DNA of 64,000 nt, from positions 416,764,001 to 416,828,000 of the forward strand of contig OZ024740.1 of the NCBI GenBank assembly GCA_964016885.1. Direction: 5' to 3'. Shown piece by piece: positions 40,501 through 49,920 of the stretch. How positions within the stretch are numbered: position 1 is the stretch's first letter; each line of letters begins with the position of its first letter. This DNA comes from Eledone cirrhosa. Taxonomy: Eukaryota. Made by a program: the position numbers and the translations under genes. A model generated the notes under the pieces. The model saw nothing but the letters and a program-made list of their open reading frames with translations, searched no databases and had not been told where the DNA came from.

Positions 40501-43500
40501 CTATACCATCGCTATCCCAATGATACATGTATTGATATCAGCAACCTATACCATCGCTACCTTAATGATACATGTATTGATATCAGCATCCTATACCATC
40601 GCTATCCCAATGATACATGTATTGATATCAGCATCCTATACCATCGCTATCCCAATGATACATGTATTGATATCAGCATCCTATACCATCGCTACCTTAA
40701 TGATACATGTATTGATATCAGCATCCTATACCATTGCTATCCCAATGATACATGTAGTGATATCAGCAACCTATACCATCGCTATCCCAATGATACATGT
40801 ATTGATATCAGCATCCTATACCATCGCTACCTTAATGATACATGTATTGATATCAGCATCCTATACCATCGCTATCCCAATGATACATGTATTGATATCA
40901 GCATCCTATACCATTGCTATCCCAATGATACATGTAGTGATATCAGCAACCTATACCATCGCTATCCCAATGATACATGTATTGATATCAGCATCCTATA
41001 CCATCGCTACCTTAATGATACATGTCTGAGCAATGTGAGAAAAAGCTCTCTGGCATGCAGAACCTAAGTTACAAACCCCTTTGTCATCCCAGTGGATAGA
41101 ACGGAGAAAGCTTCAGCCTGGAGTATAGTGAGGGAGACATATTGAAATAATCATACCTGTTAGTAGGTAAGGACATAGTATATGAACAAAGAATACCAGA
41201 AGTGTCAACTGCTACAGATTCAATGGTGAACCTATTGAAATGTAGCCAATACTTCGACCATCTAAACCATGCTAGCATGGAAAGTGGACATGAAATGATG
41301 ATGTTGATGACTTCAACAGTTTACAATCTTCAGGTTGTTGGGCAACAAAACTTTCCTGACATTTGTACATTATTCTATGTATTATCAAATCCCGCCGAGG
41401 TTAACTTTGCCTTTCATCCTTACGGGGTTGATAAAATAAAGTACCAGTAATACACTGGAATAATTGCTGGCCTTGTGCCAAAAGTAGAAACAATTATTCT
41501 ATGTATTATATGGTGGATTGGCAGTATCAGTAGAGGGTCGGATGCCATGTTTTGTAGCAAAGAGTTATGGCCCTTTATGGTCTGAGTTCAAATCCCGCTG
41601 AGGTTAACTTTGCCTTTCATCCTTACGGGGTTGATAAAATAAAGTACCAGTATTACACTGGGATAATTTCTGGCCTTGTGCCAAAAGTAGAAACAATTAT
41701 TCTATATACTATGGAACGATTGTACTAAGGGCAGTGGATTGGCAGTATCGGTAGAGAGTCAGATGCCATGCTTTGCAGGATAGAGTCACGGCCCTTTATG
41801 ATCTGAGTTTAAATCCTGCTGAGGTTAATTTTGCCTTTCGTCCTTTCGGGGTTGATAAAATAAAGCACCAGTATGCACTAGGGTAATTGCTGGCTTTGTG
41901 CCAAAAGTAGAAGCAATCATTCTATGTACTATACAGCACCTTTAATGAGTTGTAGTGCACCCGAGCTCTGTACACAATAATTTTCATTATTATTTAAACC
42001 TGTGTTTGTCTTGAAATACACCAGGTTGCCACTGGAGAAAGTGTCACTACAGGCATATTCCAGATGAGGAGCTTACCACTGAGGAATGGGAAGATTGAGA
42101 TGTTTGAAAATAATATAGAATGGTCTCCTTTGAAATTCCTGGGGGTTGCAGGTCTGCTTTATTGAAGCTGATCTGGGGTTAAACAACAACAACAAAAAGA
42201 AAACAATAAATAATGTCCCTGTTTGAAATATAACAAAATAATTGTACTTACAGGTTTGGTTCTACAATGACAATAACCTTGGACACAGTTACCCCTGTTT
42301 GAGCAGATAGATGATGAACCACTGGAGTAATAAAATTACAAAATAGAGAGCAATTAATATTGTTACATATTTTGCAAGAAAATAAATTACAATATGTTAT
42401 TTTAACAAAATTGCCTCAGTAACTAAATCATAATAGGACCCCTTCTGTCACAAATGACCATGGGTGTTATCTCAGTAACTAAGTCACAGTAGCACCCCTT
42501 CTGTCACAAATGACCATGGGTGTTATCTCAGTAACTAGGTCACAGTAGGACCCCCTTCTGTCACAAATGACCATGGGTGTTATCTCAGTAACTAGGTCAC
42601 AGTAGGACCCCTTCTGTCACAAATGACCATAGGTGTTATCTCAGTAACTAGGTCACAGTAGGACCCCCTTCTGTCACCGATAACCATGGGTTTTGTCTCA
42701 GTAACTAATTTACAGTAGGCCCCCTTCTGTCACAAATGACCATGGGTTTTGCACAAGTCTGGGCAAGTGTTTTTGTGGAAGACCACCATTCACCCATGCA
42801 TACCTGTCCTTGGTGGTGGTGGTGGTGGTGGAAGAAATGAAGAAGAGAGCAAAGAGGAGGAATTTAACTGAACTTTCTGTTACTCTGTTATAAAGCACTA
42901 AACCATATATTTAAATAACTATGCACTCTTGAGTTGTGTCAAAAACATGACAACCTTTCTCATGCTGGTGCCAGGATTAAATGCATTTGGTAAAGCATGG
43001 GAGCAGATGTAAGCCAGATGTAGATCCCTGGCCCAATTGAGAGGTCACTACCTCCTCTTAAGTAGTAAAATGGTTTGTGAAGACCCACCCAACTCTTGCT
43101 AACAGAAAGACAAACATCAAAAAATGATGATGATGATGATGATGATAATACAATTTCCTGGAATAAATAAAAATATAGCAGGAATATATTTAACCCTTAA
43201 CCCTTTAGCATTTAAATCGGCCATATCCGGCCAAAACTCTCTCACCTCTTTCTGTTCAAACCGGCTGTAACTGGCCACACATACCTACATTAGGGTATTG
43301 TTCTCAAAATAAATGACATCAAAATCTCATAGATTCGATATTACGTGAGATAATTATGTAAGATAAAGCCTTTACCGTGAAAATACAATAGTAAATATAA
43401 AGTAATAATCATCATCATCATCATCATCGTTTAACGTCTATGTTCCACGCTTGCATGGGTTTGGACGGGAGTTTTCCCACTTCAGGCAAGAGTGGTTGTC

Positions 43501-46500
43501 TTGCTCGCATAGGACTGTCTGGCGGGTTTTCTACAGCTGGATGCCCTTCCTAACACCAACCACATTTACAGTGTGGGACTGGGAGGTTTTTACCGTGTTG
43601 CCTACACGGCCACATTACAGCGTGGACTGTGTGTTTTTTGTCGTGACACCTACACGATCTCATTTGTTTCGGCCTGGATGTTGTGGCACCAACATAACTT
43701 TACATTGAAAGGGGCGGTGTGGGTGGGGTGGGGGTAGTGGGACGGGGGTGTATTTTGTTAGAGATGCCTACTGACTGTAGTAGGTTTTACTTTGTATTTA
43801 GGTAAGGCGGGTCTTCTCTATTACTGAGTGCCGCCAAAGATCTCGGTCCAGTGACATTGTCTTGGAGAGGTGTAAGTGTATGAGGTCGGAGTTTATGAGG
43901 TCGTTCCAGGTTTTTCTGGGTCTGCCTACTCCGTGGCTACCGTCTATCTTTATTGCCCTGCACTTTTTTATACAGCTGTCGTCTTTCATGCGCATCACGT
44001 GACCATACCAACGTAGCCTTCTCTCGAGTAAACAACATCTGATCCCTCTTATTTCTAATTTTTCCCTTAGTTCGTTTATGCTTTGCCGTTCGCGTATATT
44101 ACTATTACACATCCAGCGGAGCATGCAAGCTTCGTTCCTTTCTAGTCTGCGTATATCCCCTGCACACAATGCCCAGGTCTCACTGCCATGCAACATTGCT
44201 GTTCGTATGCAGGCATCATACAGCCTGCCTTTCATTTTTAGGGAGAACCCTTTAGCGGCTAATAGTCGTATAAGCTCTCTGAACTTTTTCCATCCAGTTC
44301 TGACTCTAGCTACTGTACTTTCAGAGCACCCTCCCCCACTGCTGATTTTGTCACCCAGGTAACGGAAGCTGTCCACTATTTCTATAGAACCCTCTGCGCA
44401 ATTGAAAGAGCTAGTATTTTGTGGCAACTGGCTGCTACTTATTGCACCAGAGCACCAGCCACATGTAAAATCTATGTTCTTAGTTAGCTTACCTGTGATC
44501 CATACATCTTTTATGCACCCATACTTTGCATTTGGGACATAAAATGGAGTTTCTACCTACGTCTTTCCTACACACTGAGCATGGCCATTTCACCGAAGGG
44601 ACCGGCGCCTTATTTTCTTTCCTACAAACTAGAACTTTAGTCTTAGCCAGGTTAATTTTAAGGCCTTTTGATTCTAGGCCGTGCTTCCATGTTTGGTAAT
44701 TTCTTCTCTAGCTCGGCCATTGATTCAGCTATGAGCGTTAGATCATCTGCGTATAGGAGTTCCCATGGGCAGCCGGTCTTGAACTCCACTGTTATAGCCT
44801 GAAGGGCAATAATAAATAGTAGGGGGCTAAGAACGGAGCCCTGATGAACACCAACTTTTACGCTAAACTCTTCACTATATTCGTTGTTAATTCTAACCTT
44901 GCTGATTGTTTCTTTATACATGGCTTGTATAGCTCTCACAAGCCATTCGTCAACACCTAATTTTCTAAGAGCCCACCAGATAATGGAACGGGGGACTCTG
45001 TCAAAGGCTTTCTCCAAGTCGACGAAAGCTAAGTATAGGGGTTTACTTTTAGCTAGGTACTTCTCCTGTAGTTGTCGTACAATGAAAAGAGCGTCTGTGG
45101 TACTTTTGCCTGACACAAACCCGAACTGCATTTTATCTAGATCAATTCTCTCTCTGATTAGTTGCGCTATTACTTTTTCCGTGACCTTCATGACCTGGTC
45201 GATTAATTTAATGCCTCTATAGTTACTCCTATCTAGGGCATCTCCTTTACCCTTGTAGCAGTTAATGATGATGCTGCTACGCCAGTCCTTCGGAACAACC
45301 CCATTCTGTATGACTTGGTTTACTATCCGGGTGACCATGGTGTGTCCCACTGTTCCAGAGGCTTTCAGCATCTCAGCAACTATTTCCGAAGGCCCAGCCG
45401 CCTTACCCGTCTTCATATCTTTGATTTCCTTACTTATTATACTACCTTCGACTAACACTGCTGGTCCCTCTATTGGGTCGATGTGGGGGAGACTGTCTTT
45501 CTCCCATTTATTCTCCTCATTTAGTAGCCTTTCGTAGTGACACTTCCAAGCTACCTTCTTATCAGAGTCAGTGATGGCAAGTACACCATCATCATTAAGT
45601 ACACACTTCTCCCCGACAATATCACGGTTTTCCTTGCCTAGCAATCCTGAACACCTCACGTTTTTGGTCCTCGCGTTGTAGAACATGCTTGAACTTTCTT
45701 TCCTCTGCTTCCCTTCTTGCGAAGTACACTTGTCTCCTAGCTTCCTTCCTGGTCACTTGATAGTCTTCTCTACTTCCCCCATCCCGCCATACTTTCCAAG
45801 CCTGCTTTTTGGCCTTAATTGACTCCTCCACCTTACTGTTCCACCACCATGTTACTCTCCTCCTGCCTACAGGCCTGCTCCAGCCACAGACTTCGTCTGC
45901 CGCCATCAGCAGGTTTGCTTTCAGGAATTCCCACTGTTCCTCTATATTGTACGACTCTAATTGCTCTTCCTTACTGTCGAAAGCATCAAGTAATATGCTT
46001 TTAAATTTATTTCTGGCTGTGGGGTCCTTTAGCTTCCATATTTTTCTCCTGAGGATAGTCCTCTTCTGCTGTCGAGTACGTCTCGTCCTGACTATGAGGT
46101 CGCTAATTATCAGTCTATGTTGGGAGGTGCATTCTTCATGGTCGAGGGATTTAGTGTTTACAACAGACACTCTATCACGTCTTCTGGTAATGATATAATC
46201 TATCTGACTGGCGTGTTCCCCTGATCTGTAGGTGATCATGTGATTGTCTCGTATTTTGAAGTTAGTGTTACAGATAGTTAGGTTATTTGCATCACAGAAT
46301 TCCATGATTCTGGAGCCTTCCTCGTTTCTAGTACCAAACCCATAGCCTCCGTGGATTCCGTCATAGCTGTCACAATGTTGACCAACATGGCCATTTAGGT
46401 CGCCAGCAATAATTATATAGTCACTGTCGGTTATTTGGGAGGTAGCGAGCATCAGCGTCTCATAGAAGGGTTAACCATTTACATTGCTCTATATTTACTA

Positions 46501-48090
46501 CTATATTTTCACAGTAAAGGCTTTGCCTCACATAATATCGAATATAAGAGATTTTGATATTATTTATTTTGAGAATAATACTTTAACATAAGTATGAGCA
46601 ACTGGTTACAGCCAGTTTGAACAGAAAGAGGTGAGAGAGTTTTGGCCGGATATAGCCGATTTAAATGCTAAAGGGTTAATGGAACACACTGAATATGTAC
46701 TGCCAGTGTAAGGTTATATACTTTTGAAGCCCAAGGTATTTTTAAAAAAAACATGGTGTCCTCTCAATCTCTCCCACCTCCCCCTCGTGGGTTCTATCAG
46801 AAGCAACCGTTTCCAATTTGAGACTTGTGGGTCTGAGAAAAGTACCAAATTGGTAACTGTCACTAATAAAAGCACCAAATCAACATTTTTTCCTGAAAAT
46901 GAAATAGAGGTGAGGGAGAAGGTGACTAATATAATTTTCAAGAAAAAACATATTTTTCCAGTCAATTCCTATTCAAACTTTCCACAATTTAAATGGCTCT
47001 ATGGTTAAGAAGTTCACTTTGCAACTGTATGCTTTCATACTCATTTCAAAAGCTTTATAAACAGGTTTCTATACAGAAACTGTATAGAAACCTGTTGTGG
47101 TGGGGTAGATTTAAACTAATCCTTTGTTTAATACCACTTTGGGTTCCTTTAGCAAAGCCCACTCTGTTACATGGATCTAAGGATAACTTTCTCCCTTTCT
47201 CCTCATAATTTTGGAGGCCCTACTTCCACTATCTAAACTATTAAACCAGACAAACAGAGAAATAGACAGATGGATGGATTGACAGACAGACAGATAGATT
47301 GACAGACAGACAAATGGATTGATAGACAGACAGATAGATTGACAGACAGACAAATGGATTGACAGACAGACAGATAAATAGATTGAGAGAGACAAATGGA
47401 TTGACAGACAGAAAAATGGATTGACAGGCAGACAAATAGATTGACAGACAGACAAATGGATTGACAGACAAATAAGTAGATTGACAGACAGAAAAATGGA
47501 TTGACAGATAGACAAATAGATTGACAGATAAATAGATTGACAGGCAGACAAATAGATTGACAGACAGAAAAGTGGATTGACAGACAGACAAATGGATTGA
47601 CAGACAGACAAATGGATTGACAGACAGACAAATAGATTGACAGGCAGACAAATAGTTTGACAGACAGACAATTGGATTAACAGACAGACAAATGGATTGA
47701 CAGACAGACAAACAGATTGACAGGCAGACACATAGATTGACAGAAAGATAATTGGATTGACAGACAGACAAATGGATTGACAAACAGACAAATGGATTGA
47801 CAGACAGACAAATGGATTGACAAGCAGACAAATAGATTGACAGGCAAACAAATAGATTAAATGACAAATGGATTGACAGGTAGACAAATAGATTGAGAGA
47901 CAGATAAATAGATTGACAGGCAGACAAATAGAGAGATAGATGGACTGACAGGCAGACAATCTATAAAAACAAAACTCGTCATGAATCAATTTAATTAAAT
48001 TTTTATGTTTTGTTTAAGTTATAATAATAATTTTGCTGTTAGATTTTCTTACCTCTGAATACAGGGGGGATTCCAACTACTTCTGGGTTC
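12889..48090 (-). CDS. Spliced integrin beta-like gene, 3' part: 13 exons encoding six I-EGF domains and a beta-tail domain, no transmembrane segment; 5' exons outside the window
   Basis: Exons 48053-48090, 42252-42321, 37148-37229, 36227-36336, 31541-31624, 30648-30685, 25368-25434, 24645-24726, 23413-23522, 21332-21418, 19229-19349, 13211-13339 and 12889-12902. All have AG acceptors, the first 12 have GT donors, and phases match. Translation: EPRSSWNPPCIQSGSSSICSNRGNCVQGYCHCRTKPGTLHVYSGKYCECDDSSCPTSNGRICGGRRQGVCQCGQCQCFANYEGRACELSLQSQNCISPRGVCSGHGRCQNNRCVCQQNYFGKKCEFSLQSEKNLTLKCLQSNTSSICSNRGNCVLGVCQCHSKNSNQFYSGQFCECDDYSCDYYNGKLCGGVKRGMCDCGECHCKSGFEGSSCSVTKATDRCLASNGLICNEKGICTNNQCTCTGSYAGPTCESCPTCVNNCEKMKQCVLCKVFGTGTLTFEQCIKCDPIHLVDSLDNIYTEMTRHVCLFIDDFDDCRVRFVLEQDARNKMKTYVIRRKECEI*. 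The motifs CSxRGxC, G(K/Q)(Y/F)CECDD and CExCPTC and the beta-tail Cys spacing are characteristic of integrin beta. Confidence 0.93.
13211..13339 (-). CDS. Integrin beta-like exon, second half of beta-tail
   Basis: ctgtatttcag|...|gtaata; 129 nt; (D)NIYTEMTRHVCLFIDDFDDCRVRFVLEQDARNKMKTYVIRRK, resembling the integrin beta-tail C...DDCxxRF motif. Confidence 0.92.
13330..13515. repeat. Three tandem 72-78-bp units, each containing a copy of the exon splice acceptor
   Basis: atattatctg(a/t)aataca recurs near 13333, 13411 and 13483; the minus-strand CAG acceptors are at 13340-13342, 13418-13420 and 13490-13492. Confidence 0.8.
13670..13840 (-). mobile_element. tRNA-derived SINE, Meta-domain-type family, internally deleted
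   Basis: tactggtactttattttatcgacc...ggatttgaactcaga; same family as the copies at 22720-23370 and 41385-41920. Confidence 0.7.
14062..14909 (+). mobile_element. 5'-truncated RTE-clade LINE (ORF C-terminus, long 3' UTR, (GAT)n tail)
   Basis: ORF 14078-14515 KGRLYDACIRTVMLHGSETW...GRPRKTW is very similar to the 43798-44427 copy and ends in a (GAT)n tail. Confidence 0.93.
15817..15978 (-). mobile_element. Short RTE 3'-end fragment
   Basis: (CAT)n followed by caccgttttacgtccgttcttccacgctagcatggg, the reverse complement of the RTE 3' terminus. Confidence 0.8.
16411..18042 (+). mobile_element. 5'-truncated RTE-clade LINE: RT, PHD-like zinc finger and C-terminus, with one premature stop
   Basis: NYRGIKL, FVDLEKAFD, GVHQGSVLSP and LYADD motifs; CSIC...CTQC..WVHKRC..CSRC; TAG at 17497-17499 where the 44.3-kb paralog reads RTGWKKF; very short 3' UTR and (GAT)n tail. 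Confidence 0.96.
19229..19349 (-). CDS. Integrin beta-like exon, first half of beta-tail
   Basis: ttttatttcag|...|gtaagt; 121 nt; TCVNNCEKMKQCVLCKVFGTGTLTFEQCIKCDPIHLVDSL. Confidence 0.93.
20137..20263. repeat. Near-perfect hairpin with arms of about 58 bp, derived from a dispersed repeat
   Basis: ttaaaataacagattaaagtttaagcaaagaatcgctgctttcacccttaacggga, then gtttcagaaga, then the reverse complement. The same sequence occurs at 28980-29290 and 51010-51070. Confidence 0.85.
20913..21190 (+). mobile_element. tRNA-derived SINE (CORE-like family)
   Basis: A-box-like tggcctagtgg, B-box-like gggtttgattcc and central cagcaaaacacttcatttcaccttgctccagtacactcagctgtaaatggg. Related copies lie near 19680-19830, 30825-30920, 38470-38610, 38900-39020 and 48880-49020. 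Confidence 0.75.
21332..21418 (-). CDS. Integrin beta-like exon, I-EGF4-type (module 2)
   Basis: ttctttctgcag|...|gtaggt; 87 nt; LICNEKGICTNNQCTCTGSYAGPTCESCP. Confidence 0.93.
22038..22543 (-). mobile_element. Non-autonomous Helitron (about 506 bp) nested in a TTAA-bounded MITE (about 22002-22722)
   Basis: On the minus strand it starts TCTATATAC and ends ccgggtattactgggtacctcagCTAG. It sits between A and T with no TSD, and removing it restores the MITE sequence tttaccattatattttcacagtaaagg. Confidence 0.85.
22720..23370 (-). mobile_element. Three tandem Meta-domain-type tRNA SINE copies
   Basis: Three repeats of gaccctgtaaggatgaaaggcaaag...ggatttgaactc. Confidence 0.75.
23413..23522 (-). 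CDS. Integrin beta-like exon, I-EGF3/4 (module 2)
   Basis: ttctgtttgtag|...|gttagt; 110 nt; (G)VKRGMCDCGECHCKSGFEGSSCSVTKATDRCLASNG. Confidence 0.93.
24645..24726 (-). CDS. Integrin beta-like exon, I-EGF2/3 (module 2)
   Basis: tatattttcag|...|gtaaac; 82 nt; NSNQFYSGQFCECDDYSCDYYNGKLCG. Confidence 0.94.
25368..25434 (-). CDS. Integrin beta-like exon, I-EGF2 (module 2)
   Basis: catcacacacag|...|gtaaat; 67 nt; (S)NTSSICSNRGNCVLGVCQCHSK. Confidence 0.92.
25485..26027. repeat. 57/69-bp minisatellite amplified from the left part of the TTAA-bounded MITE
   Basis: Starts ttaacccttc, then about eight units of tacattactctatata..attgtattttcatggtaaaggctttacctcacataa. Confidence 0.85.
26588..29493 (+). 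mobile_element. Composite non-autonomous Helitron region
   Basis: 5' TCTATATATATAAAAC plus (GTCT)n directly follows another Helitron 3' end (cccaagcaacgccgggctttgctgCTAG, ending 26587). It contains a 5' tandem duplication of about 240 bp and a nested 3'-end motif near 28800-28830, and ends ccgagcaacgccaggccattctgCTAG-t. Confidence 0.7.
30648..30685 (-). CDS. Integrin beta-like 38-nt exon (start of module 2)
   Basis: tttttgacag|...|gtaaat; QSEKNLTLKCLQ(S); same length and phases as the 48053-48090 exon. Confidence 0.88.
31541..31624 (-). CDS. Integrin beta-like exon, I-EGF4-type (module 1)
   Basis: tatctttgatag|...|gtaatt; 84 nt; VCSGHGRCQNNRCVCQQNYFGKKCEFSL. Confidence 0.93.
34160..35390 (+). 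mobile_element. Old, decayed RTE LINE remnant interrupted by a MITE (about 34465-34778)
   Basis: Degenerate matches such as aactacagaggcatcaaacttatggacc (NYRGIKLMD), atgcagtttagg and agaccaagaaagacatg. MITE ends ctctcaggtcttgaataat / attatttgggacccgagag. Confidence 0.7.
36227..36336 (-). CDS. Integrin beta-like exon, I-EGF3/4 (module 1)
   Basis: attctctattctag|...|gtaagt; 110 nt; (G)RRQGVCQCGQCQCFANYEGRACELSLQSQNCISPRG. Confidence 0.93.
36455..37157. repeat. About 39-bp minisatellite derived from the exon 3' end and splice donor
   Basis: Unit ctctacaaatgatattagagataatatcacattatttac matches the junction tatttac|ctccacaaat at 37141-37157. Confidence 0.88.
37148..37229 (-). CDS. Integrin beta-like exon, I-EGF2/3 (module 1)
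   Basis: tttaattttag|...|gtaaat; 82 nt; GTLHVYSGKYCECDDSSCPTSNGRICG. Confidence 0.94.
39332..39590 (-). mobile_element. RTE 3' fragment (short-UTR subfamily)
   Basis: Reverse complement resembles 17750-18040; (CAT)n tail at 39333-39350. Confidence 0.85.
39609..39985 (-). mobile_element. RTE 3' UTR fragment (long-UTR subfamily)
   Basis: Similar to 43409-43760; (CAT)n tail. Confidence 0.8.
39988..41026. repeat. 39-bp minisatellite, about 26 copies
   Basis: Unit tgatacatgtattgatatcagcatcctataccatcgctatcccaa-like; one partial copy is stranded at 39586-39612 on the far side of the RTE fragment. Confidence 0.95.
41385..41920 (+). mobile_element. Three tandem Meta-domain-type tRNA SINE copies
   Basis: A-box-like tggcagtatcgg, B-box gagttcaaatcc and conserved gcctttcatccttacggggttgataaaataaagtaccag. 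Confidence 0.8.
42252..42321 (-). CDS. Integrin beta-like exon, I-EGF2 (module 1)
   Basis: ttattactccag|...|gtaagt; 70 nt; (S)GSSSICSNRGNCVQGYCHCRTKP. Confidence 0.93.
42415..42750. repeat. 56-57-bp minisatellite, about 6 copies
   Basis: ctcagtaactaggtcacagtaggacccccttctgtcacaaatgaccatgggtgttat. Confidence 0.9.
43198..43408 (-). mobile_element. TTAA-bounded (piggyBac-type) MITE, about 210 bp
   Basis: TTAA-CCCTTTAGCATTTAAA terminus; inverted relative to the 46471-46679 copy; other copies at 22002-22722 and 59971-60260. Confidence 0.75.
43409..46467 (-). mobile_element. RTE-clade LINE, 5'-truncated within the endonuclease domain, frameshifted
   Basis: EN motifs (IIAGDLNGHVG, SQIDYI, SQHRL) at 45622-46452; RT (NYRGIKL, DLEKAFD, LYADD) at 44658-45686; C-terminus at 43798-44427; 3' UTR of about 390 bp and a (GAT)n tail. 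Confidence 0.96.
46471..46679 (+). mobile_element. TTAA-bounded (piggyBac-type) MITE
   Basis: ttaaccatttacattgctct...tttaaatgctaaagggTTAA. Confidence 0.75.
47245..47960. repeat. About 20-bp degenerate minisatellite built on (GACA)n
   Basis: Unit gacagacagacaaatggatt. Confidence 0.9.
48053..48090 (-). CDS. Integrin beta-like 38-nt exon (start of module 1; most 5' exon found)
   Basis: ctttgctttttag|...|gtaaga; EPRSSWNPPCIQ(S). Confidence 0.85.
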
Positions 48091-49260
48091 CTAAAAAGCA
48101 AAGAATTTGATTATATTAGATATGATTGATGTAAAGAAAAGTATTTCTAGTCCTGTTTGAACTGTATGTGTGCAAAATATGGAGTGTGAAGACCATACAA
48201 GAGAACAAATTTAATGTCTTTGACAGCAAATATCTACGGAAAATCCTTGGCATCAGGTGGGATGACTTCATCACTATCAAAGAAGTCTGTCAACGAAACC
48301 ACTAACAGTGGCGGAGTGGGAGGGGAGGGGATATTCAAGACCTGAGAATAAGTTTATATTTTCTTAGAATCTAACAAGTCTAAGGGGGATAATTCTTTTC
48401 TCCTAATTTTTAAAGGATATTTGAAATAATAAAAAAAAGATCACTGTGAAAAATGAAAACAGTCACGAAATAATGGTTTCTGATTGAGGCCAAAGGCCAG
48501 CAATTTGAAGGGAGGGAAAAGTCAATTAAATCGACACCAGTGCGGTACTGGTATTTTATTTTATCGGCCCCGTAAGGATGAAAGGCAAAGCTAATCTCTA
48601 TGTTATTTGAAATCAGAACGTAAAAGGTTATAACTATATCCTGTAAAGCATGTTGTTCATTATTTGATAACTAAATATACTTTACATAAAATACTCAAAT
48701 ATATTTCTTGGATAAAATTACAAAAAATTTAATAATAAAGAATTAAATAGTCAAACATATAGAAAAAGAAATGCTATTGATGAGGGATGTAATGTAAAAT
48801 ATATATAAAATTCTAAGCCAAAGACTCATCAGGCCGGTGTATATCCTCGGTTTCCTTGGCGTTAAGTGAGTGTACAAGTCACTCCCTGGAAAGGATGCCT
48901 GTCTATTGCAGGATTAAATTCCCAGCTGATACTGGAGTAATGCGAAATAAAGTGTTTTGCTCAAGAACACAACACAGCAGCCTGTCCAGGATTCGAACCT
49001 ATGACATTACAATCATAGAACAATTTTTTTCCAAAACTTCATTAGCTTCTTGTGTTTATAGAAAGAAAGAGCTATTTAAAACTATCTTATACAAAAGGAA
49101 GGGTAATAAAAAAGGCAGCATTTTATAATTATTTTAATTTGTAAGAATGTCAACTTTGATCAATCAGACCTATGATCAAAGGTACCTAGTTTGATATACC
49201 CCCCCCCACACACATATATATCAAACCCCTTCCTGGTTGACACCTATATATATATATATA

Positions 49261-49471
49261 TAGGGTGGCCCAAAAGTCACACAGGGGTCGCAACTGTTTA
49301 TAATATTTTTATTTTATAATATTTAGTAATGTAGAGGTGTGACAATGATTGATGAGTGCAAAATGATTTCCAGTATGTCCTTTAAGTTGTATCAAAATTT
49401 CATACATCAATCTGTACAATTCAGGAAGTTAATAAAAACTGAAACCCCTGTGTGACTTTTGGGCCACCCTG
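49261..49471. mobile_element. Tc1/mariner-type MITE
   Basis: TIR agggtggcccaaaagtcacacagggg / cccctgtgtgacttttgggccaccctg, flanked by TA. Confidence 0.85.
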
Positions 49472-49920
49472 TATACACACACACACATATATATGTCCAA
49501 CCACTTCCTGGTTGACACCCATATGAGCAAGACACGGTCACCCGACCCAGCTTGCATCTAAATGGGACAAACTTGTATAACCCATGCTAGCGTGAACAAT
49601 AGACGTTAATCGATGATGATGATATATATATACACACACACACACACACATATATATGTCAAACCCATTCCTGGTTGACACCTATATATGTATAGTATAT
49701 TTGATAATATATTGTATGTTTAATTACAAACATTTTGAAGACCATTCACAATGAATTTTAAAGTAGTGGCTATGTCACTTATTCTCTGCAAAAACAAAGG
49801 GGAATAATTAACAGTCCTGTTTCTCGCTAGTTAGCGGTTATGAAGACTAATTACCACTTTGCTTCAGCCGAGAATTATAGAAGCTGGATTCTTATAGAAT
49901 TCCAATAATGTTTAAGATGT

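Noticed and set aside
39964-41067. 367-aa and 345-aa repetitive ORFs
   Set aside because: They are open only because the 39-bp unit is a multiple of three. They are intronic and antisense, with no splice or domain support.
47177-47989. Cys-rich ORFs as extra EGF exons
   Set aside because: They derive from the (GACA)-based minisatellite and lack EGF spacing.
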